From: Arcobacteraceae bacterium
Lineage (GTDB): Bacteria; Campylobacterota; Campylobacteria; Campylobacterales; Arcobacteraceae
Assembly (NCBI GenBank): GCA_965224485.1
Contig: CBDCZH010000015.1
Span: forward strand, 534,413-598,412
DNA length: 64,000 nucleotides
Direction of reading: 5' to 3'
Below, piece by piece: positions 11,453 to 20,703 of the stretch; within the stretch, counting starts at the first letter, position 1, and the number at the start of each line of letters is the position of its first letter. The notes under the pieces were generated by a model that saw only the letters and a list, made by a program, of their open reading frames with translations, ran no database searches and was not told the DNA's origin. Made by a program: the position numbers and the translations under genes.

Positions 11453-11473
11453 GTGAAGCTTTTAAAGCTTCAC
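11453..11473 (+). terminator. Hairpin between hcp and vgrG (terminator or mRNA-stabilising stem)
   Basis: GTGAAGCTTT-T-AAAGCTTCAC 10 nt after the hcp stop. Confidence 0.55.
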
Positions 11474-11536
11474 TTATAGTATTTATTGTGAAAACAATTT
11501 AGTTTTTACAGTAAATTCTATATAAGGACTCAGATT

Positions 11537-14413
11537 TTGTCTAATTTCGATACCCAAATAAATGATAAACTAAAAGATTTATCTTCACAAATAAATCAAA
11601 AAGTAACTGCACGTTTAGCGTTTAAAAACTATAAAAAAAATCTATCATATGATGGAACGTATAGTGTTTACTCTTTTAGAGGAGAAAGCAGCGTTAATAA
11701 AACTTACTCTTTTATTATAAAGTTTATTAGTGATTTCCAAATCAATATAGAAGAACTTGTTGATACTGATATAAAATTAAATATAGATGATGAAAATAGC
11801 TCTCAAGAAAAAACTATTTATGGTAAAATTTTCAAAGCTTCTCAAGATTCTGTTGTTGCCTCAAAATTTATGTATGAAATTGAAGTAGTTTCACCAGCTA
11901 AATATTTAGACTTTAATAATAGATATGAAATCTATCATCAAAAAAGAATAAGTGAGATAATTGTAGAAGTTTTTAACAGATACTCTGCTTTATTAAATAT
12001 CCAAATTGAAGAAAAAATAGATTTAAAAACAGCCCCAATAAGAGAATATACAACACAATATAATCAAAGTGATTTAGAGTTTATAACAATGTTATGTGAA
12101 GAAGAAGGTTATAGTTTAATTTATCACTATTCATATCATGATAAAGATTTTTTTAAAGAGCCTTATTTAATTACTATTTGTGAACTAAATGAACACTGTA
12201 AAATAATAACAAACTCTGCAACTGGAAGTTTTAATAAAAGTAAACAGTTTTCACCTTCTTATATTATTGAAGATTATTATGATGAAGATAAACCATCCTT
12301 AGAGATGAAAACATCTTTTGGCTCTCAACTTCAAAGTGAAACTCTGCTTGATAATCAAAGTACTTCACAATTAAGAGCTGATATAAAAAAGAATATTTTT
12401 AGAGATAAATTAAATATTTTAGATGAATCTTTATTTAAAGATTTAAAAAGATATAACAAAAATGATTCTTATGCTTCTTTTGCACAAGAGCGAATTATAA
12501 AAGGAAGTTCCCAAGAATTATATGTTCATGATTGTATGAGTATTGAATTACATGATGAAAAAGCAAATAAAAATTTTGATGTAATTATTTTAAGAACAAA
12601 ATATGAAGGTTTTTTTCCAAATGCTTTAGAGAATTATATAGAAGAAGAGTTAAGTAAAGATGGTTTAGAGTATGAAGTAAGTTTTACTGCCATTCCCAAA
12701 GATATAATTTATAAACCTTCAAGAACTATTTATAGAGAAAAAATACATGGAGTGCAAACAGCAATAGTGTCTTCAGGGGTAAAAGAATCAAGTGAGCATG
12801 CAAATGAAATTGATGTTGATAATGAAGGAAGAATTAGAGTACTTTTTCACTTTGAAGAAAATAATGCAACTTCAACATATGTAAGGCTTTCAAACTTTTT
12901 TAGTGGAGATGGATATGGTTCTCAATTTTTACCAAGAGTAAATTCAGAAGTATTAGTAAGTTTTATAAATGGAGATATTGATAAACCTATAATTATAGGC
13001 TCAGTTCATAATGGAGAAAATAAAAATCCATATAACTTACCAAAAGAGAAAACAAAATCCTTTATAAAAACTCACTCTATTCCAGCGCATGAAGAAGAGT
13101 TTGGTTATAACGAACTAAGTTTTGAAGATAAAAGAGGAGAAGAAGTTTTAGGTCTTAGAGCTCAAAAAGATTTCAAACTTCATGCACAAAACAATCAATA
13201 TATAAATATAGATAATAACTCACAAAGTGTTATTGGAAATGATGAAGATATTACAATTAAAAACAATTATACAAAAATCGTAGGAAAAAATAGTACAAGA
13301 ACAATAAAAGTAAATGATATAAAAGTAGTTGAAAAAGAAGAAATTCATACTATAAAAGAAGATAAAGAACTCCATGTTTTAAAAGATTTTAATACTATTG
13401 TAAAAGATAACCAAAAAACAATAGTTGAGCATGATATGATTACAAGAGTAAAAGGAATTTTACATCAATACGTACAAGATGATGTAAAACACAAACTTCT
13501 AAAAAATCTTTTCATTCAAGTAGGACGTGATTATAGATTAGATGTACAAAATGCCTATCATTTAAAATCAAGCACTATTAAACACACAACAGGAACCTTT
13601 GAAATTGAAGCCTCAAATGGAATAACTTTAAGATGTGGAGGATCTGTTTTAACAGTTGATGGCAGTGGAATTCACTTAAAAGCCCCAATAGTTGACACAG
13701 CATCAAGTAATAGTGGAGTAAGTGCAAAAGCAATTCATAAACCCCTAATAGAAAAACCCCTATACAATAAAATAAGAGTTACAAACCTAAGCGTAGATGT
13801 GACAAAACAAAATGACATAAAAGATGTTCTAACTTTCAAAGCAGAAGTTGAAGTATATGAAAACGATGCATGGATAGCGAAAACTGAACTAAATGAGACT
13901 CAAAAGTCACAAGTTATCTGGGCTTTTATAAAAAACAATGATAAAAGTGATAGAGATATACTAACAGACAATCCTATGAATGATGTGATAAGTGATAATG
14001 GATTAGTTCTTACAGTAAACATACAAGAGGATAATATATATAAATTTACCCACGTTCATGCATATGTAGTCGACCCAGAAGATGAAGGGTATGTTATATC
14101 GGAACTACAAAGATATTTAGAGGTTGATGATATAGCTACAGAATATTCTTCAAAAGAAGAAGGTACTTGTACAGCTATTTTAAATATTGACGAGCCAAGA
14201 GAAGAAGAGATTTCACAAATTAGATGGAATATCAATGATAATGATAAAGCAGATTATAATGCAAAAGAAGAAATAACTCATAACTTAAAAGATGAAAAAG
14301 TAAGAGAAACAATTTTTAAAGCTTATATAGATGGAAAAAAAGAAGATGCCGCTGTTGCTGAACTTGTTTATGATGAAAGAAGTGAGGAAAAAGTTAAAGA
14401 AAATGCAAAATAA
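11537..14413 (+). CDS. vgrG: T6SS spike VgrG/TssI with C-terminal extension
   Basis: TTG start after AAGGA; REYTTQYNQSDLEFI..L.EEEG, GVQTAIV, IDVDNEGRIRV, FLPRVNSEVLVSFINGDIDKPIIIGSVHN, gp5-like beta repeats, then about 230 extra aa. Confidence 0.93.
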   Translation: MSNFDTQINDKLKDLSSQINQKVTARLAFKNYKKNLSYDGTYSVYSFRGESSVNKTYSFIIKFISDFQINIEELVDTDIKLNIDDENSSQEKTIYGKIFKASQDSVVASKFMYEIEVVSPAKYLDFNNRYEIYHQKRISEIIVEVFNRYSALLNIQIEEKIDLKTAPIREYTTQYNQSDLEFITMLCEEEGYSLIYHYSYHDKDFFKEPYLITICELNEHCKIITNSATGSFNKSKQFSPSYIIEDYYDEDKPSLEMKTSFGSQLQSETLLDNQSTSQLRADIKKNIFRDKLNILDESLFKDLKRYNKNDSYASFAQERIIKGSSQELYVHDCMSIELHDEKANKNFDVIILRTKYEGFFPNALENYIEEELSKDGLEYEVSFTAIPKDIIYKPSRTIYREKIHGVQTAIVSSGVKESSEHANEIDVDNEGRIRVLFHFEENNATSTYVRLSNFFSGDGYGSQFLPRVNSEVLVSFINGDIDKPIIIGSVHNGENKNPYNLPKEKTKSFIKTHSIPAHEEEFGYNELSFEDKRGEEVLGLRAQKDFKLHAQNNQYINIDNNSQSVIGNDEDITIKNNYTKIVGKNSTRTIKVNDIKVVEKEEIHTIKEDKELHVLKDFNTIVKDNQKTIVEHDMITRVKGILHQYVQDDVKHKLLKNLFIQVGRDYRLDVQNAYHLKSSTIKHTTGTFEIEASNGITLRCGGSVLTVDGSGIHLKAPIVDTASSNSGVSAKAIHKPLIEKPLYNKIRVTNLSVDVTKQNDIKDVLTFKAEVEVYENDAWIAKTELNETQKSQVIWAFIKNNDKSDRDILTDNPMNDVISDNGLVLTVNIQEDNIYKFTHVHAYVVDPEDEGYVISELQRYLEVDDIATEYSSKEEGTCTAILNIDEPREEEISQIRWNINDNDKADYNAKEEITHNLKDEKVRETIFKAYIDGKKEDAAVAELVYDERSEEKVKENAK

Positions 14414-15827
14414 AATAAATAATTCTATTAAAATTCTACTCTTTATTTCTATCATATTTCTATTAACTTCTTGTGGAAGTAAAGAAGATATTGATAAAGA
14501 GATTTTTACAGTAATTAATAAAAAAGAGTATAAACAAAATACCTTATGCAAAGAGCAAGTAAAAACAAATAAACAATATATGCAGTGTTTAGAAAGTAAA
14601 ACACAAGAAAATCCAAGTATAGAAAACCTAAACTATTTAGCAGGTGTTTATGCAGTAAAAAAAGATTACAAAAAAGCTATATCTTTATATGAGAAATCAG
14701 CTTCTAAAGGTGATAAAAAAGCTCAATACTATTTAGGTGGTATATATTTTGAAGAGTTAAAAGATGATAAAAAAGCTTTAGGATACTTTTTAAAAATCAA
14801 AGACTATTCTGAGAGTATTTGCAAAATTGGTTTAATTTATCATAAAGAGTCCTCTCAAAAAGCTAAAAAGTTTTATGAAAAAGAATTAAAAGATAAAAAT
14901 AGTATCGCAGGTGTTTGTTTAGGAAGATACTATTTAAAACTTAAAATGTATAACTTTAGTGAAAAAGCTTATAAAAAAGCAGAAAAGCTAGGAAATATTC
15001 AAGCTTTATATGAGTTAGGTTCACTCAATTCTGCTTATTTAAAAGATAAAAAAGCTGCAATGAATTATTATAGAAAAGCAGCTTTAAAAGGTGATGTTAA
15101 ATCAGTTCATAATATCGCTGTTTTAAATGATAAAAACTTTAAGTTTGACGAAGCAAAGAAGTGGTATGAACTTTCTTGTAAAGCTGGGGATAAGAACTCT
15201 TGTTTAGGATTAGCTCATGTTTATAGAAAAGAGAAAAACTATACAAAAGCCATAGCGATTTTTACTTCTTTAGGAGATAGAGGAGATGCTAGAGGCTATA
15301 ACGATGCTGGTTTAATTTATGTAAGAGAGTTTAAGGATTTTGATAAGGCTGTAGATTCTTATAAAAAAGGTTTAAAATTAGGTAATGGCTCAGGAGCATC
15401 AGGAATTGCTATTGCCTATGAATTACTTAAAAAAGATTATGATAAAGCAATAGAATGGTATACAAAATCTTATGCAATGGGAAGTTTAGGAGGAACATAT
15501 ACTTTTGCTAATTTTTATAAAAATACATTAAAAGATAATATAAATGCTCTTAAATGGTTTAAAAGATATGAAAAGATAAATCATTTTGAAGGAAGTTTTA
15601 TTCTTGGTAATTTTTACAGAAAAGATTTAAAAGATTATAAAAAAGCAATACTTTGGTATAAAAAATCTATTGCCTTATTAAACTATAGAGCGATGACAAA
15701 TCTAGCAAATCTTTATTATTTTGATTTGAAAGACAAAGAAAAAGCAATAGAATGGTATAAAAAAGCTTATAAAAATGGAAGTTCAAAAGCGAAACTGCAA
15801 TTAATAAACTTAGGAGTCATAAAATGA
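14403..15827 (+). CDS. Sel1-like repeat lipoprotein, probable T6SS immunity protein
   Basis: Likely start 14403 (MQNK..ILLFISIIFLLTSC lipobox); many SLR units such as AQYYLG..Y, KAIEWYxKS/A; overlaps effector start (ATGA). Confidence 0.8.
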   Translation: MQNKINNSIKILLFISIIFLLTSCGSKEDIDKEIFTVINKKEYKQNTLCKEQVKTNKQYMQCLESKTQENPSIENLNYLAGVYAVKKDYKKAISLYEKSASKGDKKAQYYLGGIYFEELKDDKKALGYFLKIKDYSESICKIGLIYHKESSQKAKKFYEKELKDKNSIAGVCLGRYYLKLKMYNFSEKAYKKAEKLGNIQALYELGSLNSAYLKDKKAAMNYYRKAALKGDVKSVHNIAVLNDKNFKFDEAKKWYELSCKAGDKNSCLGLAHVYRKEKNYTKAIAIFTSLGDRGDARGYNDAGLIYVREFKDFDKAVDSYKKGLKLGNGSGASGIAIAYELLKKDYDKAIEWYTKSYAMGSLGGTYTFANFYKNTLKDNINALKWFKRYEKINHFEGSFILGNFYRKDLKDYKKAILWYKKSIALLNYRAMTNLANLYYFDLKDKEKAIEWYKKAYKNGSSKAKLQLINLGVIK

Positions 15828-18565
15828 CTGAAAAACGTTCTTTAGGAAGAGTTTATTTCAATGACTTAGACTTTTTTCATTTAGCTTCTTTTTCAAATGA
15901 AGAGGATAAAACTTGTGCTTATGATGAGAGAACAAGATGGGCTTATTTAGTTCTTAATAAAGAAGAAACTAAAAAACTTGTGGGTAATGAAAGTGATAAT
16001 GAAAAAATATTAAATAAAGTAAAAAACAAGTATAAAAAATACTTATTAGATGCAGTGAAGAGAGAAAGTAAAGATTTAACTTCTTTTCAACTTAAATCAA
16101 ATGAGTTAAAAATTGATAATAAATATGTAAAACTAATCTCAGCATCACTTCATGGTTCAAAATCATTAGGAAGTATTTTAAAAACAAAGCAATACTTTTG
16201 TGCTTATGAACATGACTTAAGTAGTGAAGAAAAGAGTAAAAAAGAAACTCAAATAAGTTCAACTCTTAGTTTTACAGCACAAAAAGTACAAGATATTTTA
16301 GATAGAGAAAAAGATGAGTTTAGAAAAACTTCAAAAGAGAATAATAAAGCAAATATTCTTATCTCTATGCCTTATGTTTATAACTTCAATGAAGATAGTA
16401 AGATAAAAGAGTTAGAACTTACTTCTTATGAAGATAAGATAAACATATCATTTATGCCTAAACTTCAAGTAGAGTATGGGGTCTTTTTTGATGGAACTAA
16501 TAATAATATGTACAATGTTGATTTTTATCATTCGATGACGAAGGTAGTGAGTAAGAAAACTAAATATATTCAAGAAAATATTTATGAAGAATCTGAGAAA
16601 GAACAGGATGAAAAAGACTATAGAAGTGTTGAAGAATACATAATTTCAGAAGACAATCCTTCACAAAACTCTCATATTATGAATATGCTTCGTGATGAAA
16701 TTATTACTAGTGTTCGTTACTTTGAGGAAGATTCAAAAGATGATGAAAAATCTGATTATGATTCTTATTTTTCTAGAGATAATGCTTCTAAAGATAGTGA
16801 GTATATTTTTGAGTTTTTACTTCAAGTAAAAAACACTTTAAAAAATAATCTTAATAAAGATTTTTTTGATAAAGTAATTGCTTCTATTCCTAATCCAATC
16901 ACTAGAGGTGCTTTACAAGATTTAACCAAGGAGAAAAAAATTGATGGGACACCTAAAGAAATAAGAGACTTTATAGTTGCTGATATTTTACCAAGTGAAG
17001 GAAGTTATACAAATGGATATACAAATATTAAACGTTTGTATGATTCTTATAAAGGAAATGATAAGCTAAATAAAAGTGAAACTGCACATAAGGAGTATAG
17101 AAAATACTTCAAAGTTTATGCATCTGGTTCTGGAACTATTGATCCAATTGATGAAGAGGAGTTAGAAAGTGATGAGTTTTTTGGTTTAGGTTTAGGGTTT
17201 GGAAAAACAGGTATTTTAGAACATATTATTTATACTTGTGAAAAAATGATAACTCAATTAAGAGTAGAATCAATAAATAGTATTGATGAATTAGTTCTTG
17301 ATACCTTTGGTTTTTCAAGAGGTGCTACAGAAGCTAGACATTTTATTTGTTCCATTTTAGAAAATTATGAAAAAAAGAAGCATCAACACCGAGAATATAA
17401 TTTAAATACAACAGATCAAAGTAAATCTCAAAATATTTTTTCACCATTTTATAAATATGATGGAGTTTATGCTGTTATTGATAATGAAGTACATTTTAAT
17501 CCCTTGTGTACTCATATAAAAGAAGTTGAAGTTCCTTTACTCCATACTATGTCACTTACTAAAGCTGTAATAAAATCAATATTTAGTGATGAAAAAAAAG
17601 TTATTGTGAAAAATGAGTATTATAAAAAAGATTTTACTATTGAAAGTTTATCTTTTAGATTTACAGGAATTTACGATACCGTAACTCACTATGGTCTTTT
17701 ACAATCAAATGATGCTAGTGATTTAAAACTTCACTTTGATGAAAAAAAAGTTGGCAAAGTTGTTCATATTATGGCAGAAAATGAATATAGATTTAACTTT
17801 GAAGCACATAGTGCTTTAGAAAATAGAAGTGAAAAAAAGGATAATATACTTGAATTTTCACTACCTGGTGCTCATGCTGATGTAGGAGGTGGATATGTAG
17901 ATAATCAAGATGATAGTGTAATTTTATCTATGAAACTACAAAATGCAGCAGTTATTAAGAATTTAAATAAATTATACTCTATTCATCCCTCTTATAAACC
18001 TATTGGTAAGTATTTAGCTGAAATGAAAAAAGAAACAAATAGAGCTTTTGAAAATAGATTAATTGCTTGGAATAAAAAATATGCCTGGTGTAAAAAAAGT
18101 GTTCCTAAAACTATTCCAATTGTAAAAGACTTTACATCTTTAAAAAATGAAGATATTAAAGATGGTTTTTATAAAAGTAAAAATAGTACATTTTATTATA
18201 TGCACAGAACAAATATATCAAATAAGTATGAGTATGTTCCTTTAACAATAATGTATGATAAAAGTATTGAAGATAAAAATAAAGAAGAACATCCTCCTTT
18301 TAAAGATATAAAAAAAGAGTTTGCAATAAAAGATGAATTCTTAAAAAATAACATCTATAAATCCCTATATCAAGAACAAAAAATTAGTCAAGATGATTTA
18401 TTTACATTAAGACAAAACTACATGCATCACTCTAGTTCATGGTTTAGTCTTACAAATATCTCAGCTATTGCAAATATCCCTTCTATTTTAGGAAATAAAA
18501 GTGTAAAGAATGAAATTTTTGGAAAAAGGATTATTTATGGTTCAAAAGGAGGAGAGTTTAAATAA
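15824..18565 (+). CDS. T6SS phospholipase effector, Tle1 / DUF2235 alpha-beta hydrolase
   Basis: GVFFDGTNNN (aa 219), GFSRG nucleophile elbow (S498), YDTV (D618), PGAHADVGGGY (H684); downstream of vgrG. Confidence 0.88.
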   Translation: MTEKRSLGRVYFNDLDFFHLASFSNEEDKTCAYDERTRWAYLVLNKEETKKLVGNESDNEKILNKVKNKYKKYLLDAVKRESKDLTSFQLKSNELKIDNKYVKLISASLHGSKSLGSILKTKQYFCAYEHDLSSEEKSKKETQISSTLSFTAQKVQDILDREKDEFRKTSKENNKANILISMPYVYNFNEDSKIKELELTSYEDKINISFMPKLQVEYGVFFDGTNNNMYNVDFYHSMTKVVSKKTKYIQENIYEESEKEQDEKDYRSVEEYIISEDNPSQNSHIMNMLRDEIITSVRYFEEDSKDDEKSDYDSYFSRDNASKDSEYIFEFLLQVKNTLKNNLNKDFFDKVIASIPNPITRGALQDLTKEKKIDGTPKEIRDFIVADILPSEGSYTNGYTNIKRLYDSYKGNDKLNKSETAHKEYRKYFKVYASGSGTIDPIDEEELESDEFFGLGLGFGKTGILEHIIYTCEKMITQLRVESINSIDELVLDTFGFSRGATEARHFICSILENYEKKKHQHREYNLNTTDQSKSQNIFSPFYKYDGVYAVIDNEVHFNPLCTHIKEVEVPLLHTMSLTKAVIKSIFSDEKKVIVKNEYYKKDFTIESLSFRFTGIYDTVTHYGLLQSNDASDLKLHFDEKKVGKVVHIMAENEYRFNFEAHSALENRSEKKDNILEFSLPGAHADVGGGYVDNQDDSVILSMKLQNAAVIKNLNKLYSIHPSYKPIGKYLAEMKKETNRAFENRLIAWNKKYAWCKKSVPKTIPIVKDFTSLKNEDIKDGFYKSKNSTFYYMHRTNISNKYEYVPLTIMYDKSIEDKNKEEHPPFKDIKKEFAIKDEFLKNNIYKSLYQEQKISQDDLFTLRQNYMHHSSSWFSLTNISAIANIPSILGNKSVKNEIFGKRIIYGSKGGEFK

Positions 18566-18631
18566 TGCACACACAGCCTGAAGAGAAAGGTAACTCTTCT
18601 GATACTATATATAAAACAATTAAATAATAAA

Positions 18632-19111
18632 TTATTTTTTTCTTTCTAAGACTCTTTTATTAATTTCTTCATCTATTAACACCTCATCAGAAGTAGTTAT
18701 AAATTTTATTGATTTAGGAAGAGTTATATTCTTAGAGTTTTGATAATTAGGTTCTTTTTGAAGTAATATTTTGTATTGATCTAAAACACTTGTTTTATAT
18801 TTATCAAAATTTATTTTCTCTTCTTGACTTAAAGTACTTGAGCTTTTTGCAACATATACTAGATATTTTAAAGAAGCATTAATATATTTAAAAGCTGTTT
18901 CCCAATCACCTAGTTTAAAGCTTAGTATGCTTCTTATTACATAAAAAGAAGGTAGTATTTTAAAAAGAACAATATTATTTTCAAACTTATCACATTTTTG
19001 TACTAATGATTCATAGTTAATATTTTCTTCTTTACAAATAGAAGTTGAGATATTATCAAAAATAAAAGCATCTTCTTTCATATATTCTTTTAAAGTTAAT
19101 TGTTCTGACAT
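18632..19111 (-). CDS. Hypothetical protein (helical, possible single TPR-like unit)
   Basis: 159-aa ORF with AAGGA RBS; no recognised family. Confidence 0.6.
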   Translation of the reverse strand: MSEQLTLKEYMKEDAFIFDNISTSICKEENINYESLVQKCDKFENNIVLFKILPSFYVIRSILSFKLGDWETAFKYINASLKYLVYVAKSSSTLSQEEKINFDKYKTSVLDQYKILLQKEPNYQNSKNITLPKSIKFITTSDEVLIDEEINKRVLERKK

Positions 19112-19221
19112 TATTGATTCCTTCTAATATAAAATCAGATTATGCCATAAATACAAGTCTTAAAGATAAAAAAAGAAGTAAACATTACAATAGTAATCAT
19201 ATTAAAAATAATTATTTAAGC

Positions 19222-20040
19222 TTATGCTTTTTTAATAATATTATACGTAGGAAAAGGTATATTTATACTATTTTCTTTTAAGGCATCATATATTTTTAGA
19301 TTTATCTTATATTGAATCTGATTATATTGTTCGCTAAGTGCCCAATACCTAAGTTCAATATTTATAGAAGCTTCTGCAAACTCTTTAATTCCAACTTGAA
19401 ATTTTACCTCTTTAGAAATTCCATCACTTTGTCTTAAAACATTTGATATTACTTCAATCGCCTCTTTTGGATTACCAGTATATTCAATTCCTACAATCAT
19501 TTCAACAATAGTATAATCAAAAGAGTTAACTAATATTTCACCAACTATATGTTTATTTGGAATAGTTATTTCTTCTTTATCTTCAGTCTCAAGAACAGTA
19601 TATGCAAGTTTTATATTTTTTACAATACCAGTATGCCCATGCATAGTAATAGTATTACCAATAACGAAAGGTCGTGTAGCAATAATAGAAATACCAGCTG
19701 CAAAATTAGAAAGTAAACCTTGTAGTGCTAATCCAGCACCAAGAGATAATGCACCAATAGCTGCAACAAAAGGAGTAAGTGTAATTCCTAGTTTTCCTAA
19801 TGAAATAATACAAACTCCAGCAATTATAGCTATTCTAAGAGTCATTGTTAAAAATTTTGTTAGAGTTACATCAACATTTTTACTTAAACATAATTTTTCA
19901 ATAACAGATGAAACTTTTGAAGCAATATAAAAACCTATAATAAATATTATAATTGCACCTAATATTTGAAAGCTGTAATTAATAAAAAATGCTATGATAA
20001 TGTCATAGTACTTTTCAATATTTTCTAATTCTATTTCCAC
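19222..20040 (-). CDS. mscS: Small-conductance mechanosensitive channel
   Basis: Three TMs, GLALQGLLSNFAAG, RPF.IG, ITIPN, INIPFP. Confidence 0.92.
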   Translation of the reverse strand: MEIELENIEKYYDIIIAFFINYSFQILGAIIIFIIGFYIASKVSSVIEKLCLSKNVDVTLTKFLTMTLRIAIIAGVCIISLGKLGITLTPFVAAIGALSLGAGLALQGLLSNFAAGISIIATRPFVIGNTITMHGHTGIVKNIKLAYTVLETEDKEEITIPNKHIVGEILVNSFDYTIVEMIVGIEYTGNPKEAIEVISNVLRQSDGISKEVKFQVGIKEFAEASINIELRYWALSEQYNQIQYKINLKIYDALKENSINIPFPTYNIIKKA

Positions 20041-20213
20041 GGTAAATAATCCTATAATGTAAGATAGTTAAATATTAGTATAGCACATAAAATAAAAACT
20101 CACTATTTAGATTGTGTTGCACTTTTAAGTTAAATGGGAGAGATTAGTTTATAGAAAATTTTATGTCTTGTTATGTTTGTATTAGATTAAAAGGGAGTGG
20201 ATTATTTGTATTT

Positions 20214-20288
20214 TGGAGGAGCCACCCAGAGTCGAACTGGGGATCAAGGATTTGCAATCCAATGCATTAGCCACTTTGCTATGGCTCC
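20214..20288 (-). tRNA. tRNA-Cys(GCA)
   Basis: GGAGCCA/TGGCTCC acceptor, U discriminator, encoded CCA, anticodon loop TT-GCA-AA, GTTCGA T-loop. Confidence 0.93.
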
Positions 20289-20346
20289 AAAAAAATTTGA
20301 GTAAAATCACATAAAATATGAAAAAATTAGATGATTTGTAAAAAAA

Positions 20347-20435
20347 TGGCAGAGAGCAAGGGATTCGAACCCTCGGAGGTGTGACCCTCGCCGGTTTTCA
20401 AAACCGGTACATTCGACCAACTCTGTCAACTCTCT
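20347..20435 (-). tRNA. tRNA-Ser(TGA)
   Basis: CCGGT-TT-TGA-AA-ACCGG anticodon arm, long variable arm, GGTTCGAATCC, G discriminator plus CCA. Confidence 0.95.
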
Positions 20436-20472
20436 GCATGAACTTAAAATAAATTTTAAGCTTTTATAATAG

Positions 20473-20559
20473 TGGTGCGAATGGTCGGAATTGAACCGAC
20501 ACTCCGAAACCGGAATTGGATTTTAAGTCCAACGCGTCTACCTATTCCGCCACACTCGC
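20473..20559 (-). tRNA. tRNA-Leu(TAA)
   Basis: GCGAGTG..GGCGGAATAGGTAGACGCG, TTGGA-CT-TAA-AA-TCCAA, long variable arm, ACCA end. Confidence 0.95.
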
Positions 20560-20606
20560 ACTATTTGGGTAGATTTAAGAAGATATATGTCTTAAATTGG
20601 AGTGGA

Positions 20607-20635
20607 AGTATATTAAAAAAACATATTATTGTCAA
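20607..20635 (-). promoter_or_regulatory. Sigma70 promoter of the tRNA Leu-Ser-Cys operon
   Basis: Minus strand TTGACA-N17-TATACT upstream of tRNA-Leu. Confidence 0.75.
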
Positions 20636-20703
20636 GGCTTTTTCGAAAAACTTTTCAAATTTGTGATATAATCTTAAATATTAAAAAAAATAGAAGGATG
20701 TTT

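Noticed and set aside
14331..14402. Longer N-terminus for the SLR protein
   Set aside because: Overlaps vgrG by 83 nt and buries the signal peptide; ATG 14403 gives a normal lipoprotein signal
18632..20288. T6SS as an island integrated at tRNA-Cys
   Set aside because: No integrase or duplicated tRNA 3' end visible; mscS lies between; composition not obviously different. The other border is outside the window
20214..20288. tRNA-Cys anticodon stem has two U-U mismatches (possible pseudo-tRNA)
   Set aside because: Acceptor stem, T-arm, U73 and CCA are intact and it lies in a promoter-driven tRNA operon, so it is treated as functional
20472..20666. 64-aa plus-strand ORF
   Set aside because: It is the antisense of tRNA-Leu and its promoter
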